Assembly: GCF_964204865.1 (NCBI RefSeq)
Contig: NC_135256.1
Coordinates: 11,346,001 to 11,410,000 of the forward strand
Reading direction: 5' to 3'
DNA length: 64,000 bases
From: Styela clava
Taxonomy: Eukaryota
The translations under genes were made by a program, and so were the position numbers. Below the pieces are notes generated by a model, which had not been told where the DNA came from, searched no databases, and saw only the letters and a program-made list of their open reading frames with translations. Shown in pieces: positions 22,637 to 36,700 of the stretch; position 1 is the first letter of the stretch; every line of letters starts with the position of its first letter.

Positions 22637-25600
22637 ATGATGTCTCTTGGTTTGTCGGATTTTACAGACATTGAATCTGAAGAAACTTTTTCTACAAATG
22701 GATTCGGAAACAATATTCTTACAGTTTTTGAACAGATTCGAAGAGAGGTAGGTGAACAAATTGTTGTGCATTATACATATGATAATAGTTCGATATATTG
22801 TTTAATTATGTAATTGAAATACTGACATGCATTTTTACAGGTAATAATACATGGATCGTTTATAGATTAATAAAATAATACAGTTTAGTATTAATAAAAT
22901 AGTGAATACGTCATACATTGAGTTTCGATTTACTTTTGAATATCTGGTTTCACTGTAGTTGCGCAATTTTATCTTTTTGTCAGTGCTCAAAATTTGGCCA
23001 GCAATTCACTTACAATGACCTATGCGTTTTTGATATTAACTAGTTCATAACATTGTCCTTGTTGGCTAACTATAGGAATTATCACATACAAATTTATTAA
23101 CTAACTTATGAATACTTACTGAGTAAACGTCATACCCATATTTTGCCCATGAATAAAAGAATACAAAGTATTAACCTGAGTAGAATAAAATTAAAAATTT
23201 GTAATTATGTCAACATATATACTGTTCTTGTTTCAAAATTTGTTCGAATTATTATTCTATCCGTTCATTTCAATACAGGGAAAGATGTGTGATGTTGTTC
23301 TGAAAGTGGAAGGTGGTCAATTTTCTGCTCATCGTATTGTTTTAGCTGCTTCGATACCTTATTTCAATAGCATGTTTACAACGGATATGGTGGAGGCTAA
23401 TATGCCTGTCATTCCAATGCAGGTAAGGTTTAGTCATCTATATAATTCCATTATTGCCCTGAAGGCTTCCTGTTGGCATCATTTTTTTAATTTATGGGAA
23501 CATGTTTATGGATGGTTGTATCAGTGTATAAGCATAATGGTATCACCTTATGTATAAGACATCCGTTTCCAAAGGGTATGCTGCGGTGCATTTGCTAAGT
23601 GCACCCTGAGAATTAACGGAATTGTGTTAAACACAACTAATATATATTTTAATCATTGAAAATGTTTTGTTTCCTATATTTAATGCTGTGAATATGAATC
23701 GGTAAATTCATTTAACCTTTCTATGTCATTTGCTTTCTGTTACGTAGTGTATGTAACAATAGAGGTATTATAACTAGATGCATTTTGTGAGCTGCAGTTT
23801 ATTTATCTCCTGAACTGAGTTCAAAGCAACATGTGTGATATTTATAGTACTTTAATAGAAAATCAGGCATATAGGAGGAGGAAGAGTTGGACCTTTTGCC
23901 CTTATTTCTTAGGCCTACATGTTTACAAACCTAAAAAGGCATAAAGTATACATTAACGATCACAAAATTCAATTCAAATGCAGCAATGACTTTTTCCTTG
24001 ACAATTTGGCGCCGAACAAACAAAGTCTGAATCACTCCTGTAATAGTCTACATCCCCCCCCCCCCCCCCCTTCCCCGTCTGTGATTATTTGAGTTTGAAT
24101 ATAGGGTGTAAAATTTTAGGTTTAATTAATCCAAACTATTTTATTTTGCTTTTACTTCAGTATTTCATTCAGTGATAGTTGTCAATCCATATTGCATGAA
24201 TGATTTTTTTTATTATAAGTATCGTTTTTCAGGGAATAGATGTTGCTGCACTCGAGGCAATCATCAACTATGCATACAGTGGTCGAATTACACTTGATAT
24301 TACCAATGTACAAAGTATATTAGTTGGTGCAAATTTTCTTCAATTACAAAATGTAAAAGACTATTGCTGTGAATTCATTAAGGTTAGTATCGGCAGTCAT
24401 TATATGGTTTTACTGTTTTATAGTTTCAGTGGGTATTATTTTGTGATACCATGGTATTAGGTGCCATAATCACCTGTATATTGTGTGAGATGCGATTTTT
24501 CTCCCTGATTCCTGACAATGGTAAAGCATCATAAATGAACGTAATGATAAAGATTGCCTTTTTTTAACGATTGACTCTGAATGGTGGAATGATTACAAAA
24601 CGACATTCGAAATTTGATTAAAAAATATTACTCTGAACTTATATAGCAAGTGGCGAACACAGACTGTGTAAAATATTCGTGTCACAGCTCATTTGTTTAC
24701 ACTGTTTATGTCATTCTTTCTATGCGATACTGTAAGCCCATATCAGTTTAATTCAGCTATTTATAACATCTGCTAATCTTTGGTTGAGGTATCACTTTAT
24801 TTATAAAAAATCTTATCTTATTTGAAAATAAAGTGCCAATTTTTTGCAGTCTTCTTGGCAAAATCTCATCTTCATAGTTTAACAAGAAAAAATTGGACGA
24901 CATAATTTAATGTCAAATTTACCTCAGGTTGTGGACAGTAGAAAGGCCTGTTTTACTATTCTAAATATATTATGAAGAAATAGTTGTTTGGAAATAAGTT
25001 GGAAATGTGTAATTTGCAATTCTATATAATATTATTTAAATTGGAACATAATCATTAAATTGGCTTGTTCGAAATCAGGAATAGATAATGTGTTGGCTGT
25101 ATTCCTAATTTCATTAGCATTTGTCTCATTCTTCTACTGAATACATTTTAAAATGATTTAAAAAAATTAAATGTTTAAGTTATCGAATCCAAATTCTGGT
25201 AATTTTAAATAAATGCAGTTATATTTTCATCTCCTTATATCACATATCTGAATTTTGTTCCTGGTAGACGGTAGTACAATGTGGAAATTGAGTAGCGTTT
25301 GTGCATGTAATATTGTTTGATTTATATGTGGCATTATGTATCAAGTTAGTTTTCACATTTATACTGTTATCATATTTCATGGTTTCGAATTTCTACTTTA
25401 ACACAGGAAGTTAGTTAGTTAGCATTCTAGCTAGGGGTGTGCAACCTTTATTACAGGAGGGCCAGACACAAATAACTGGGTGAAGCCGCGGGTCGCACCT
25501 TTGTCTAAGATAACCTTTCTAGTAGTTGCGGCACAAAATATTGTTTCTTTGTGTTATTAATCTTACGGCATTATTTGGGGTCCTTGCAGAAATAGTGAGT

Positions 25601-28600
25601 TACAAGGCTAAATTTCTGGAGAAAACTGATATTTAAATCATTTATTACTGTCACATTGGCTGTGATGTGAACGAATTTAGTGAGAAACACGTTTTTATAA
25701 CATTGTGTATTTTGCAACAGAATTTTGCTTGCTAGTTTTGCTAATATAACAGTGGCAGGTACTGGTATATACTTTGTGATGCAAAAGGATTAAAATTGCT
25801 CGCACATACCAGATTAACTAAACTAAAAACATTTTTCGTGGGCACACTATTTAAAATGGCACTACTCCGCGGGCCACTCAATTTTTTCTAGTGTGCCGCA
25901 TTTGGCCCGCGGGTCGCAGTTTGCACATCCCTTGTTCAAAGTATAAAGCCTAAGTATATTCCATTAACTTATCACCTTCTTGTTAAAATGCAGAAACGAT
26001 TACATCCGACAAATTGCCTGGGTATACGACACTTTGCCGAATTGCTAATGTGTGGATCATTGGTAGAAAAGGCAAATAGTTTTATCGAACAAAGATTTTT
26101 AGAAGTCACGAAATCACAAGAATATCTCCAACTTTCTCTTGATGAAGTTACAGACTTATTAGCAAGAAATGAGATAAATGTTTCTTCAGAAGAACAGGTA
26201 TTTATTTATTTCTGTTTTAATCACATCAGTCTCAAAATAGTACAGTATTTAGTAGTATTAGGCTAATTGGGATACACACTGATATAAGATGATCCAAACT
26301 TGACCGTATTCTCATTTATTCGATATTGAAAATAATAAAATATTTAAATAACCCAGTTTTTAATTAAAAAAAAAAAACGTTATTAAATTTTAAAACGTGG
26401 GATTACTGTATTGGACATTGTTCTGGTGTTATAATGTTGGCATGTTATGACAATAATACTTTAAAACCTGAGCTATGCGTCATAGACTTGCAAGTGAAGC
26501 TTGTGAGATCGAACTATTTCCTTCAATATGCACCTTTATATCTAACAATATTAATGATAAAACGAGAAAATTGTAATTATTGTTCCATATCTTGATCGAT
26601 TCCTATACCGATTGGTTCAATATTATCCTTTTTATATTTCATCGCTTACATTTAATCTTTTGAACCTATTTTGATATTGAACGAACAACATGATGTACAC
26701 AAAAGATAGTAAACCATGACTGAATCATTAAAAGATGTTTTTTGATGACTGTTTACTTTACTGAATGGTTAACTTGTTAATAATATAATATCTCAATACA
26801 TGCAACAGTGCATCATACCTTTCAATAATTATTTTCATACTCATACTCGTAATCACGTATTTCCAGGTATTTCATGCTGCTACAGTTTGGATTAAGGAAG
26901 ATCCAACAGAGCGAACAAAACTGATGCAAGAACTGCTCCAATACATCAGATTACCTCTTCTACGACCACAATTCCTAACAGATGTAGTGCAGATGCATCA
27001 TACTGTGAAAACCTGTCTGAAATGTAGAGATCTCGTTGACAAAGTAATTATCATTCCTTCATCTATGTTCAAACAGACTTCTTTTGTTTATATTTTTAGG
27101 TTTTGATTTCATGCGAGGTAAATAAATATTGTATGCTTTTTGGTTAAACTTCAGGCCAAACAGTATTTTACACGACTGGTATAAACAAAATAAATGTTTT
27201 AAATTATAAAAAAATATAATTTTGGCATAGTCAAAGAAATCAGTGGAACATTAGCTTGTTCCTCAGATGCTATGACAAATAGGATTGCTAAACTTTATTT
27301 AAGCAGTTTATTATGTTCCAAAAGAAATTGCTAGTATTTTACTGGATGACAATATTGTAGCAGAAGAGAGCTGTATTTAAACTAAAAAATTATATCCAGG
27401 CAAAAGATTATCATTTGATGCCAGAACGTAGATATGAGTTTCCTCCAAATATGGTTCGACCAAGATGTTGTACCGATGTACATACCATGATTTATGCAGT
27501 TGGGGGTTTAACATCTAGTGGTGAAGCACTCAACATTGTGGAAAAATATGATCCAATTGTTGGCAGGTATGGAAATTGTTTTACTTATTTCAATTACGTT
27601 AAGTCTTTTTGGATACGACTAAGCTTTACATTCCAGATCCCTGTTCTGTTGCTTGCCTATATAAAGAAGCGAGCGGCCAACAAATGTTGTTATTCGTTTA
27701 AGTTTATATATTGTTATTTGTTTTTATATCAATATCGAAATAATTTTTAACTTGTGTGATGGGAATTACATTGTCATTAGATAATTTGTTAGCATTTGTT
27801 GACACAGTACACCTGATATTTTCCAGTCAAAATCCAAAATAATCTTCGGAAATGGTTGTACTGCTAGTCCCGAATTCATACATGTTCACGATATATAATA
27901 TGCTTACCATATATATGAAACATAAAACAGAGACAGTGTAGATATAACAAACCCTGGTTCGATTCTGGGGCAAAGTAATAGTCAGCTCGTATCAAATCAT
28001 TGGAAAACGTGCAATTTCCTTTCGCATTTTGAATAATTTATCGGCAGTACAGCTAACGTTAGATGTCAAGTTGACGTATCGGACAGATAACATATAGGCC
28101 GTAACAATATAGTAGTTCTCTCTCATACTGAACTATAGAAGTGAAACGCAAATCAGTGATATTGATGTATTGATATAAAATAGAAAAAAATATTTATGAC
28201 TTCATGACCGGGACATTTAAGTCTACTGGAAGGACGTCGTGACAGCTTCTCAAAATCGGAACTATGTAGCATTTTAAGACATGTTGTTCATATCTAATTT
28301 CTATGATATTTAGATGGGTAACAGTATCTTCAATGAAAACATGCAGAAGTAGAGTCGGGGTTGCTGTGCTTGCCGGTCAGTTGTATGCAGTAGGAGGATA
28401 TGATGGATCTCAAAGACTAAAGACTGTTGAAATGTTCTCTCCTGATACAAATGAATGGTGTGATGTCAAACCTATGAATATGAAAGTTAGTGTTAACTAA
28501 CTAACTAATGTCTAACTAGTAAATACTCATAACCAAAGTACTCCAATCACCTATCTACAGAACTTGAGTATACGGTCACATCACTTTCACAGTTTGTTGG

Positions 28601-31600
28601 TCATGATCAGACACCTATACCATATGACAGCCATTTCCAATTGTTGAGTAACAATAGAGGTAGACACCACTTTCTGCAATTTGCTAGCTGCAGTTTATTT
28701 ATCTGCGGAACCGAGTTTAGCGAACTGTAGTGATTTTTTTAGAATTCTGAGTGAAAATCAGGTACAGATGAGGGAGAAGAGTCGACTTTCTGCTTTCACC
28801 CCTTAGGCCTACACAATAAAAACTTTAAAAGACATAAAGTACACATTACCAATTTTGAAATTGATTTTTATTTAATAGTAGCACTTTTTTTTCATGAAGT
28901 GTTCGCTGAGTCTCCCTGATAATTTTGTGCCACACGAACAAAAAGTCGCCCTATGACATCACTGATCACGCTTGGCCATCTGGGAAAACATTAGTATATA
29001 ATATAAATTTAGTATTTTAGAGTGTAATTTTTTTGTGCAATATATAATGATTGTCTCATGCTCATTGTTTGTCTTCGATGGTATTCGATTTTGGATATGC
29101 CATCGACCCATATCTAATAGATGGTGTTCATTTTTGTGTGACTTCTAAGTTTTGTTTTGTTGTCTGAAATCAATTTTCTTAATAATCTCCTTTTCAGCGA
29201 AGCGCATTAGGGTGTGTTGCACTCGATGGAGAAATATTTGTGTGTGGTGGATTTGATGGCACTTCATCTCAGAGCTCATGTGAAGTATACAAACCCCATA
29301 CTCAAACCTGGGAATTAATCAAGTGAGATTAAAATTAGATAATTTTACTTAACATTATTGGATATGAAAAAAGTTTGATAGATTTTCAATGATTATTTTC
29401 AATCAAAAAGCCATTACATCTTTTTGGTCGAGCTCTCTAGACGAATATACATTGCTGTCAAAAAAGGCAATTAAAATTTTATTGCCTTCTACATGTGTGA
29501 GGCAGCATTTTAAGCTTTTACCAATATGATGACAAAATACAGGGTGAGACTTGCTGTGGAGACTGACCTATGAGTTTGCATGTCACAAATTGCTCCGAAA
29601 ATCGATAAATGGTGCAGTGAAAAGCAACCTCATCCATCACATTAATGTCGTTTGTGTTGTTGTGTCGAAAATGAAAAATTGTACTTTCTCATTGGTTAAG
29701 CACAGAAATTGATACTGCATGGACTGGGGGTCCGTCAAAACTAGGATCCACAAATGGGGGTCCTCGGACAAAAAAGTTTGGGAAACCCTGATCTAATGCG
29801 TACATAATTCCTCATCGTCAAATTTAGAAGAAGTTTATGTTGAAGCAGAGTAAGCATCGAACATAGAAAAAAAATTTGAGTTCAACATTATATGTGCTTT
29901 AATGATATTACTTACCTCCATTGTGTTTTGTAATTAAGACCTATGCAAAAGGGACGCAGTGCTGCTGCAGTTGGAGCATTTGAAAGAAATGTGTATGTTC
30001 TTGGGGGTCACGATGGACTACAAATTTTCAATTCTGTGGAATATTATGTCATTGAGAAAAATGAATGGACAATGGGGGTTCCGATGCTCACTAAGCGATG
30101 TCGTCATGGTGTAGCAACATTGCGAGGAATATTATTTGTTTTTGGGGGATATGACGGAAAAAAGTTTCTAGATTCAGTGGAGGTAAAATAGATTGTTATA
30201 AAATATTGTACCATATGTGTTATGTAGCAATGGTGTTATAAAATACTGTATACAGTATACTTTTTTGCGGATCGATTATAATTTTTCCTACTCGAAATTT
30301 AACGGTTTCAATATCATCTAAATGCATTGTAGCAAAATATAATGCGAGATTTTCCACACATGGATCTTTACTCTGTAGCCATTCTTCTCCATGCTCAAAT
30401 TTACCACCTTTTATGCGAATAGCCTTTAAAGTCAGTGTTGAAATAGTGTTTTTAATTCTTTTTACTTGCGAATCCCCAATTACATTAACAATGTGCTTTT
30501 CTTAAATGCTCTTTTCGACCAGATCACCTTCATTGCTTAGTGTCATTAATGATGCAATCGCATCCAATTTCAGTTGATCTAATTTTATGTGCAATTGCAG
30601 GTTTCTATGCTCGCTTGTTCCTCCAATAGTTGTTTTATCAATGAGATTGATTCGTACTTGTTTACATCAGCATCCTCTTTGTCATCTACCATCTTATAAT
30701 TTTGAATCCTTTAATAACAGCGAATAATTTTGCCTCGCTCACTAATGTCAGCTACCTTCCACATTTCGCACTCTGCTAGACTTATACACCCTGATAATTC
30801 AGAACTATGGTCTCATCCAAATTTGCAAGTTGGGATTGTAAGCAAATATAATAATAGTCTGTATATGACATATGTGCCAATAGGTACTGTTCTGTAGTCA
30901 TAGTCTAATATCAATTTCAAAATTGCCCATAAAGCTCCAACTTATAGTACTCTATGGTTAAATGAATACTATAATTATTGAATTCCAGCTGTTTGATCCT
31001 GTCACCTGTCAATGGTGTTTTGTGGCTCCAATGAGCATGCGGAGAAGTCGTGTTGGTGTTTCAACCAGTGGAGGAAAAATATATGCATTGGGTGGATATG
31101 ATGGGTAAGTGTAAAAAGCATTGTATGAAACGAATTTCTATTCGATTCAGGTGACAGTTTTTCCTTTTATATAACATTTCACTCAATTATAATTGTTTCT
31201 TGTCATTTAGTCAGCCTCTCTGAAAACAGTCTTAAGTTCAGACTTATTCAGTTTATTGGGTACAATTATTGGTACTCCCGAAGTATGTGAACCAAGATGG
31301 CAGACACCGGAACTTAATATGTGTACCAGGTTAGGGCTGGGCCATAATTTTAGATACAAATACTACAGGAGTCACTTGGCTAGTCCCCAAACTCATAATA
31401 TAACTAAAATTGGAATAAAATTATGGCCTAACCCTAACCTGGTACACATACTACGTTCCAGTGTCCGTCATCTTGGTTCACATACTTCTGGAGTACCCCA
31501 ATGTTTGCTCGATTCTGCAAACCTGACTTAACTCAATGTAACCATTGCTCTCATCAATCTTTTGAAGCAATCCAACTATCCAAGCATTATACTCGATTTA

Positions 31601-31764
31601 TTACATGGGCGTGTAGAACATTGTGGTATTTTGTTTTTAGATGTTCAAATTTATCATCAGTTGAGGTGTACGATCCTGAAACAAATACATGGAAACTTGG
31701 TGATCGCATGTGGGCACATGAAGGAGGTGTGGGAGTTGGTGCAATCGCTCTTGAACCTGTCTAG
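22637..31764 (+). CDS. KLHL18: Kelch-like protein 18 (BTB-BACK-6xKelch), 11 exons, ~577 aa
   Basis: Exons 22637-22747, 23279-23422, 24233-24382, 25994-26197, 26867-27043, 27400-27566, 28314-28485, 29198-29322, 29939-30182, 30989-31104, 31641-31764 join in frame with GT-AG. Motifs [53 protein letters not shown]. Confidence 0.92.
23757..24035 (+). repeat. Dispersed repeat B, copy 1 (old transposon-derived)
   Basis: Colinear shared blocks with 28652-28960: CAATAGAGGTA, AGCTGCAGTTTATTTATCT, GAAAATCAGG, CTTAGGCCTACA, CATAAAGTA.ACATTA. Confidence 0.75.
24054..24070. repeat. C17 homopolymer
   Basis: Run of 17 C in a KLHL18 intron. Confidence 0.9.
25432..25933. mobile_element. hAT (Charlie-like) MITE
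   Basis: Ends TAGGGGTGTGCAA / TTGCACATCCCTT with subterminal GCGGG(C/T)CGCA repeats; TSD degenerate. Confidence 0.75.
28652..28960 (+). repeat. Dispersed repeat B, copy 2
   Basis: Colinear similarity to 23757-24035. Confidence 0.75.
29724..29790. mobile_element. hAT MITE right-end remnant
   Basis: GGGGGTCC repeats followed by AAAAAGTTTGGGAAACCCTG. Confidence 0.5.
31271..31498. mobile_element. Palindromic MITE family A, copy 2 (diverged), in last intron of KLHL18
   Basis: GGTACTCCCGAAGTATGTGAACCAAGATGGC...GTTAGGG...CCTAACCCTAACC...CATCTTGGTTCACATACTTCTGGAGTACC; degenerate TSD CAATTATT/CAATGTTT. Confidence 0.88.
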
Positions 31765-32398
31765 TTAATTGTTTGTAATGTCTCCGCTTTTTTGATCAAC
31801 GAGACTGTGGAACCTTTCACACAAAGATATTACGCATGGCGTTTGTTCGATGCTGCTATGGAAACGATTTGTAGCAAAGTTTCATTTTTGTAAAACACAC
31901 ATAGTTTTTTTTTTTTAACTGTGATACTCTTCGCCTTTTGTAACTCAATGTATTGTGCAATTTTTTTCATTGTATTTCTATGTGTTTGTATTTGCGAATT
32001 TTTAATGTATTTTTGTCTTATGAACTTGCCAGTTTGCAGCTGAAGACACATGCATGCTTTTGTTGTGCGTTTTTCTGGATTCTGTAGTTATGCTTTCAAA
32101 AAGATATTCTCTAGTGCATACTTGTGGGATTTGTTGCTGACATATGTTGTTGTTTACGCTGAGATTAGTTTTTTTGTAAGAGTTGTGCCGATGTAGACCT
32201 CACAAAAACCAAGTATTGCCATTTGTTCATGTTGACATGCAAAAAATGAAAATGCCTGTAATATTTGGTTCGAATTGCCCCATAGAGAGTCCCACACAGA
32301 GCCCAAAAAGTATGACGTCTACTGCCTGCATCATTTCATTGAGACTACCTACTAATCATTTTGTACAGATGATAATAAAGTTGACGATTTTGCTTCAG

Positions 32399-32733
32399 CG
32401 GTCCTGTAAAAACCCGATCTGCCGGGGACATAACTTTGCGCACCGACCGAATTTCCAAAATAAGCCCACGAAGTGTAAGAGTCTAGATCCGACACAGTGC
32501 AACCAGCGCCGTAATGTGGTAAAATTGCTTATTGCACTGTCAAGCCCACTGCAGAGTGCAGATTGCCAGGTATTGCGTATGTGGGATATTCTAACAGACT
32601 GAAAGTTTGTTTTCATTGAATTGTGGGAAGGTACGGCAGATTCTGCGCATTTGCGAGAAGCTTTGGGCGGGGCTAGATTACCCACCAAAATCTTTATCAG
32701 TTTCCAAGTGTAGAATGATGTATAATGAGAAAG
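32399..32733 (+). other. Putative non-coding 5' exon (acceptor TTCAG at 32398, donor AAG|GTATGT at 32733), probably of KPNA
   Basis: Acceptor ends 19 nt after AATAAA 32374-32379; consensus donor; no recognisable protein encoded. Confidence 0.5.
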
Positions 32734-33224
32734 GTATGTTTATATTCTCATTGTGTCGCAATTAATTATATATACATGGTAGAGAAACAAAATCTTATTC
32801 AATTCAAACTCTGGTTTATCATTTAAAAAATTTAGCCTTGAGTTAGCTTATCAAAACGAGATTTTAGGAGGCAGATCACCACCAAACTGACACAAAAGTC
32901 CAACACTTTCTCAAGTCCATGAATGTTTACGCAGCTTGAAAAAGTCTTCTTATAATGAACATGCTTGATTCGAAAGGTTTATGCGCATTAGCGCTTGCAA
33001 ACTGGTGTGTATGCTCATAACCAGAGCCAAGGCTAGCCTATCGCCGATTTTTTCGATTACGGCAACCAAATTGAAACTCTTCGGGGAAGAAAACGACTAT
33101 TAAGGTATTTATTTTATTTGCATTTATTCGAATCTGGAAACACAAGACATAACAGCTAAAAACTGAACATCACGTAAAACTACGAAAACGAGTCACTCAG
33201 TAGGAATAGTTGCTTAACAAATTC

Positions 33225-33400
33225 TGAGGGTGACGCCATAGTTAACTAATTGCTGATTGGACATTGTTACGTAACCAAACGAAAAAGTTCGATGCATGGG
33301 GAAAATACGTCTGATTGGAGTCTACTCTACAGACGCATGATTGCGTTGCGAAATAGCCGGGGCCCGACGGGCGTCATTTCTGCTTTTCATGATTCTGTTT
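33225..33400 (+). promoter_or_regulatory. Putative internal promoter of KPNA
   Basis: Two CTGATTGG (NF-Y/CCAAT) boxes at ~33254 and 33311, TGACG and TTACGTAA bZIP-type sites, and a CpG-rich tract. Confidence 0.55.
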
Positions 33401-33749
33401 TTTCTAGCCTTTTCATGGAGCTTTAGGGCGTACCGGTACCGGTGGGTCAGAACTTAGGCTGTTCCATCTGCTTAATTTTGTTGGCTGTTGAACTTTCACT
33501 TGTAAAATATGATTAGTCTGCTAGTTTCTAAGCTCAAACAAAGATTTAATTATTCTCTGTGGTCTACCGGCTCACCGCTACCGGACAGCCGGTACTTAGG
33601 TTAAAAAAAAGACTCGACAATATCAGATTATCGCAGTGTCTGAAAGTAACTTGTGGCTGCGTCAAGCTTGTCAAACCACCGTATAGTTTGTCCTAATACA
33701 GTAATATCTGAATATAGGTCTGTGGATTGTTGAATATCTGGCTGAAAGG

Positions 33750-36700
33750 ATCGAATTTACTGTTCTCACAATTTATGTAACATAACCAATTTTCATTGCT
33801 ATCCCACATGTCATTCTGATCATGACATGTATTCGATTGATGCTCAAGTAACCAATAGTACAGAAGAAAAGGGAAATGGCTTCTGGAAAAATAATGTCTC
33901 TGTTTATAACAGCAAACCATTCATTGAAGACCTTCAAAATAAGTGGAAAAATTGGTGTACGTTAAAGATATTATTCGAAACAAAACAGCATTGGTGGTGC
34001 GAAATAAAAAATAAGATAAAAGATCTGATTATCAAACACTCTGTCAAACTTGCCAGACAAGCAAGAGATGAATATGATAAAGAAATGAAACAACTAGATG
34101 ATTTAAAAGTGAAATTGGACAGAGGAGAAAAAGTTTTAACCCAGTTTAACAAACTAAAGAAAGAGATAATTAAAAAACAAAGACAAAGAAATGGTAAAAT
34201 TAGAATTCTAAACTTGGCCCACCACTATGATACATATGAAAAATGTAATAAGTCATTCTTTAAGAATCTGAAAAAAAAGCAAAAAGAATGTTATATCCAC
34301 AAATTGAAGGACAAAGAAGGTTTCATACAAGAAAATTTGACAGAAAAAATGTACCTGGTAAAACAATATTATCAAAATCTGTTTAAAAAACAAAATAATG
34401 ATATGGAGATTCAAAAATACTTTATTGAAGCTATTCCAGCTTCGAGAAAAATACAAGAAGAAGACGCAGAAACAATGCAGAGACAAATTGTCATAAACGA
34501 GGTTCAGGAAACCATTACATCTTTCAAAGAAGGTAAAACTCCAGGACCTGATGGTATAAGTATAGAGTTTTATAAGAAATGCTGGACTGTCATAAAAAAT
34601 GATTTTTTTGAAGTATTGGAGGAAATTTATGAAGAAGGACTCATCGCAAAAGACTTCAAAATTGGATATACAACTTTAATCCATAAAAAAGGAGAACTGG
34701 ATCAGGTTAAAAATTACAGACCAATAGCTTTACTAAACACAGATTATAAAATTTTGACCAAAATATTAACAAATAGATTGAAATGTATTTTACCTAATAT
34801 GCTAGATACCCACCAAACAGCTATACCAGGGAGGCGTATTTCTGATGCACTCATATTGTTAAGAGACATATGTATACAGGAACAAAACAAAACCGGAGAA
34901 TCTTCCATAATATCATTGGATTTTAACAAAGCCTTCGATAGTGTAGATTTGGATTACCTCTTTAACGTTCTTCGTAAAATCGGATTCAAAAATAAATTCA
35001 TGAGTGTAATCCGGACATTATATATAAATTCAGAAACTCGAGTGTTACTAAATGGTTATCTTAGTGAAGCAGTGAAACTCGAAAGAGGAATTCGACAAGG
35101 AGATCCGTTAAGTCTTTATATGTTCACATTAGCTATTGAACCACTCTTAATTAGAATAAATACCTGTAATTCTATCAATGGAATATTGATACCACAAAAT
35201 AAAGAAATAAAACATATCAGCTATGCGGATGATATTACCTTGACAATTCGAAACAAGACATCAATATATTCAGCACTGGATTTGATAAACAAATTTCAAC
35301 TAGCAACGGGAATGAGGTTAAATATGGAAAAGACGAAACTTTTGAAAGTAGGAACATGGAATAATCCCAGTTTATTTTCTAAGTTGTCTATCGTTCAGAC
35401 TTTAAATATACTTGGAATAATTTTTTCCAATTCTGACACATCGGATGAAAATTGGCATTTTTGTTTAAATAATGCCAGAACTGTAATAGACGAATTGATG
35501 GATATTCCTCTATCTTTGGATGGAAAATGTCTTCTAATTAAACTGAAAATATTACCCTTGTTTTTATATTGTGCGAAAGTGTTTCCTATTCCCCTGCATA
35601 TCGGTAAACAAATCAATAAAGATGTGGAGTTTTTCATATTCAATGGAAGAAGTGTTTTAAAAATAGAAACTTTGTGCAAATGCAAATCATTGGCTGGATA
35701 TGATATGATTAACATTCCTATTTTTACTATGAGCATGTATGTCATGACAGCATTTGAGTATTATTGTAAAAGAACTAATATTGCTATTGATCAATGCAGA
35801 CAATCTGTTTTCAATTTTGTTGAATACAACATAGGTCAACAGCTTAGTTTATTTTTCAAATTGCCTACTAATAATAGTGTATCCCATGTTTTTTTCCCTC
35901 AGAAATACTATGGAACTATAATCAGCTTTCTGAGACAGTACAACATCACTGAAACTGATTTAATTCAAGGAAAGCATAGACATTTATATAATAAAATTGT
36001 AAATAATTCGAAGGGTGGGGATAGAATTGTTTTTTTGAGAGATGGTAATTTAATAGGGGCTTGTTCAAATATACATTCTAAAATTTTGGCCAATAATGTA
36101 AGGACTTTCAATTATAAATTAATGTGGGACATTTTATCAATCAAGGTTAAGCCAAGAATAAAACATATTTCTGGGGATGATATTTGTGTGTTATGTAAAC
36201 AAGATTCTGAATTTGTGTCTCATTTGTTTTGGAATTGTGTTTTTACTCAGAATGTCTATGATTATATCTTTTCTGTGGCATTAAAAATGAGTAACTGTGT
36301 GATAAAAAATAATTATAAAACTTGCATTTTATTGGACTTAAATGACCAATGTTATATAAATTTATCCATTATACAACGTAATGCTATTATATTGTTATTT
36401 TGTACAGCAAGATATAAAATTTGGTTGGAGCGTAACGCTGTAATATTTCAAAATCATAACCCAAGCATAAATAATGTTATTATGAAAATTAGGAACTCAC
36501 TTCTAATGAGAAGAAATATAGAAAAAGTGAGAAAGGAATTTTGTTATATAAAAGAACTTGCCATGATTTGTAATAACTTGTGAATAATTATAAAATTATG
36601 TTTTTTCATGCTAAATAATTAAAAATAAACTATGTAATTTGTATTACGAAATCAACAAATGAATTATTGGAACTCCCTGGATTATATGGAATATTATATC

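Noticed and set aside
32183-32688. 139-aa (+) and 97-aa (-) ORFs between KLHL18 and the LINE
   Set aside because: No recognisable domain; the + ORF has a non-ATG start and spans a poly(A) signal and acceptor; better explained as UTR.
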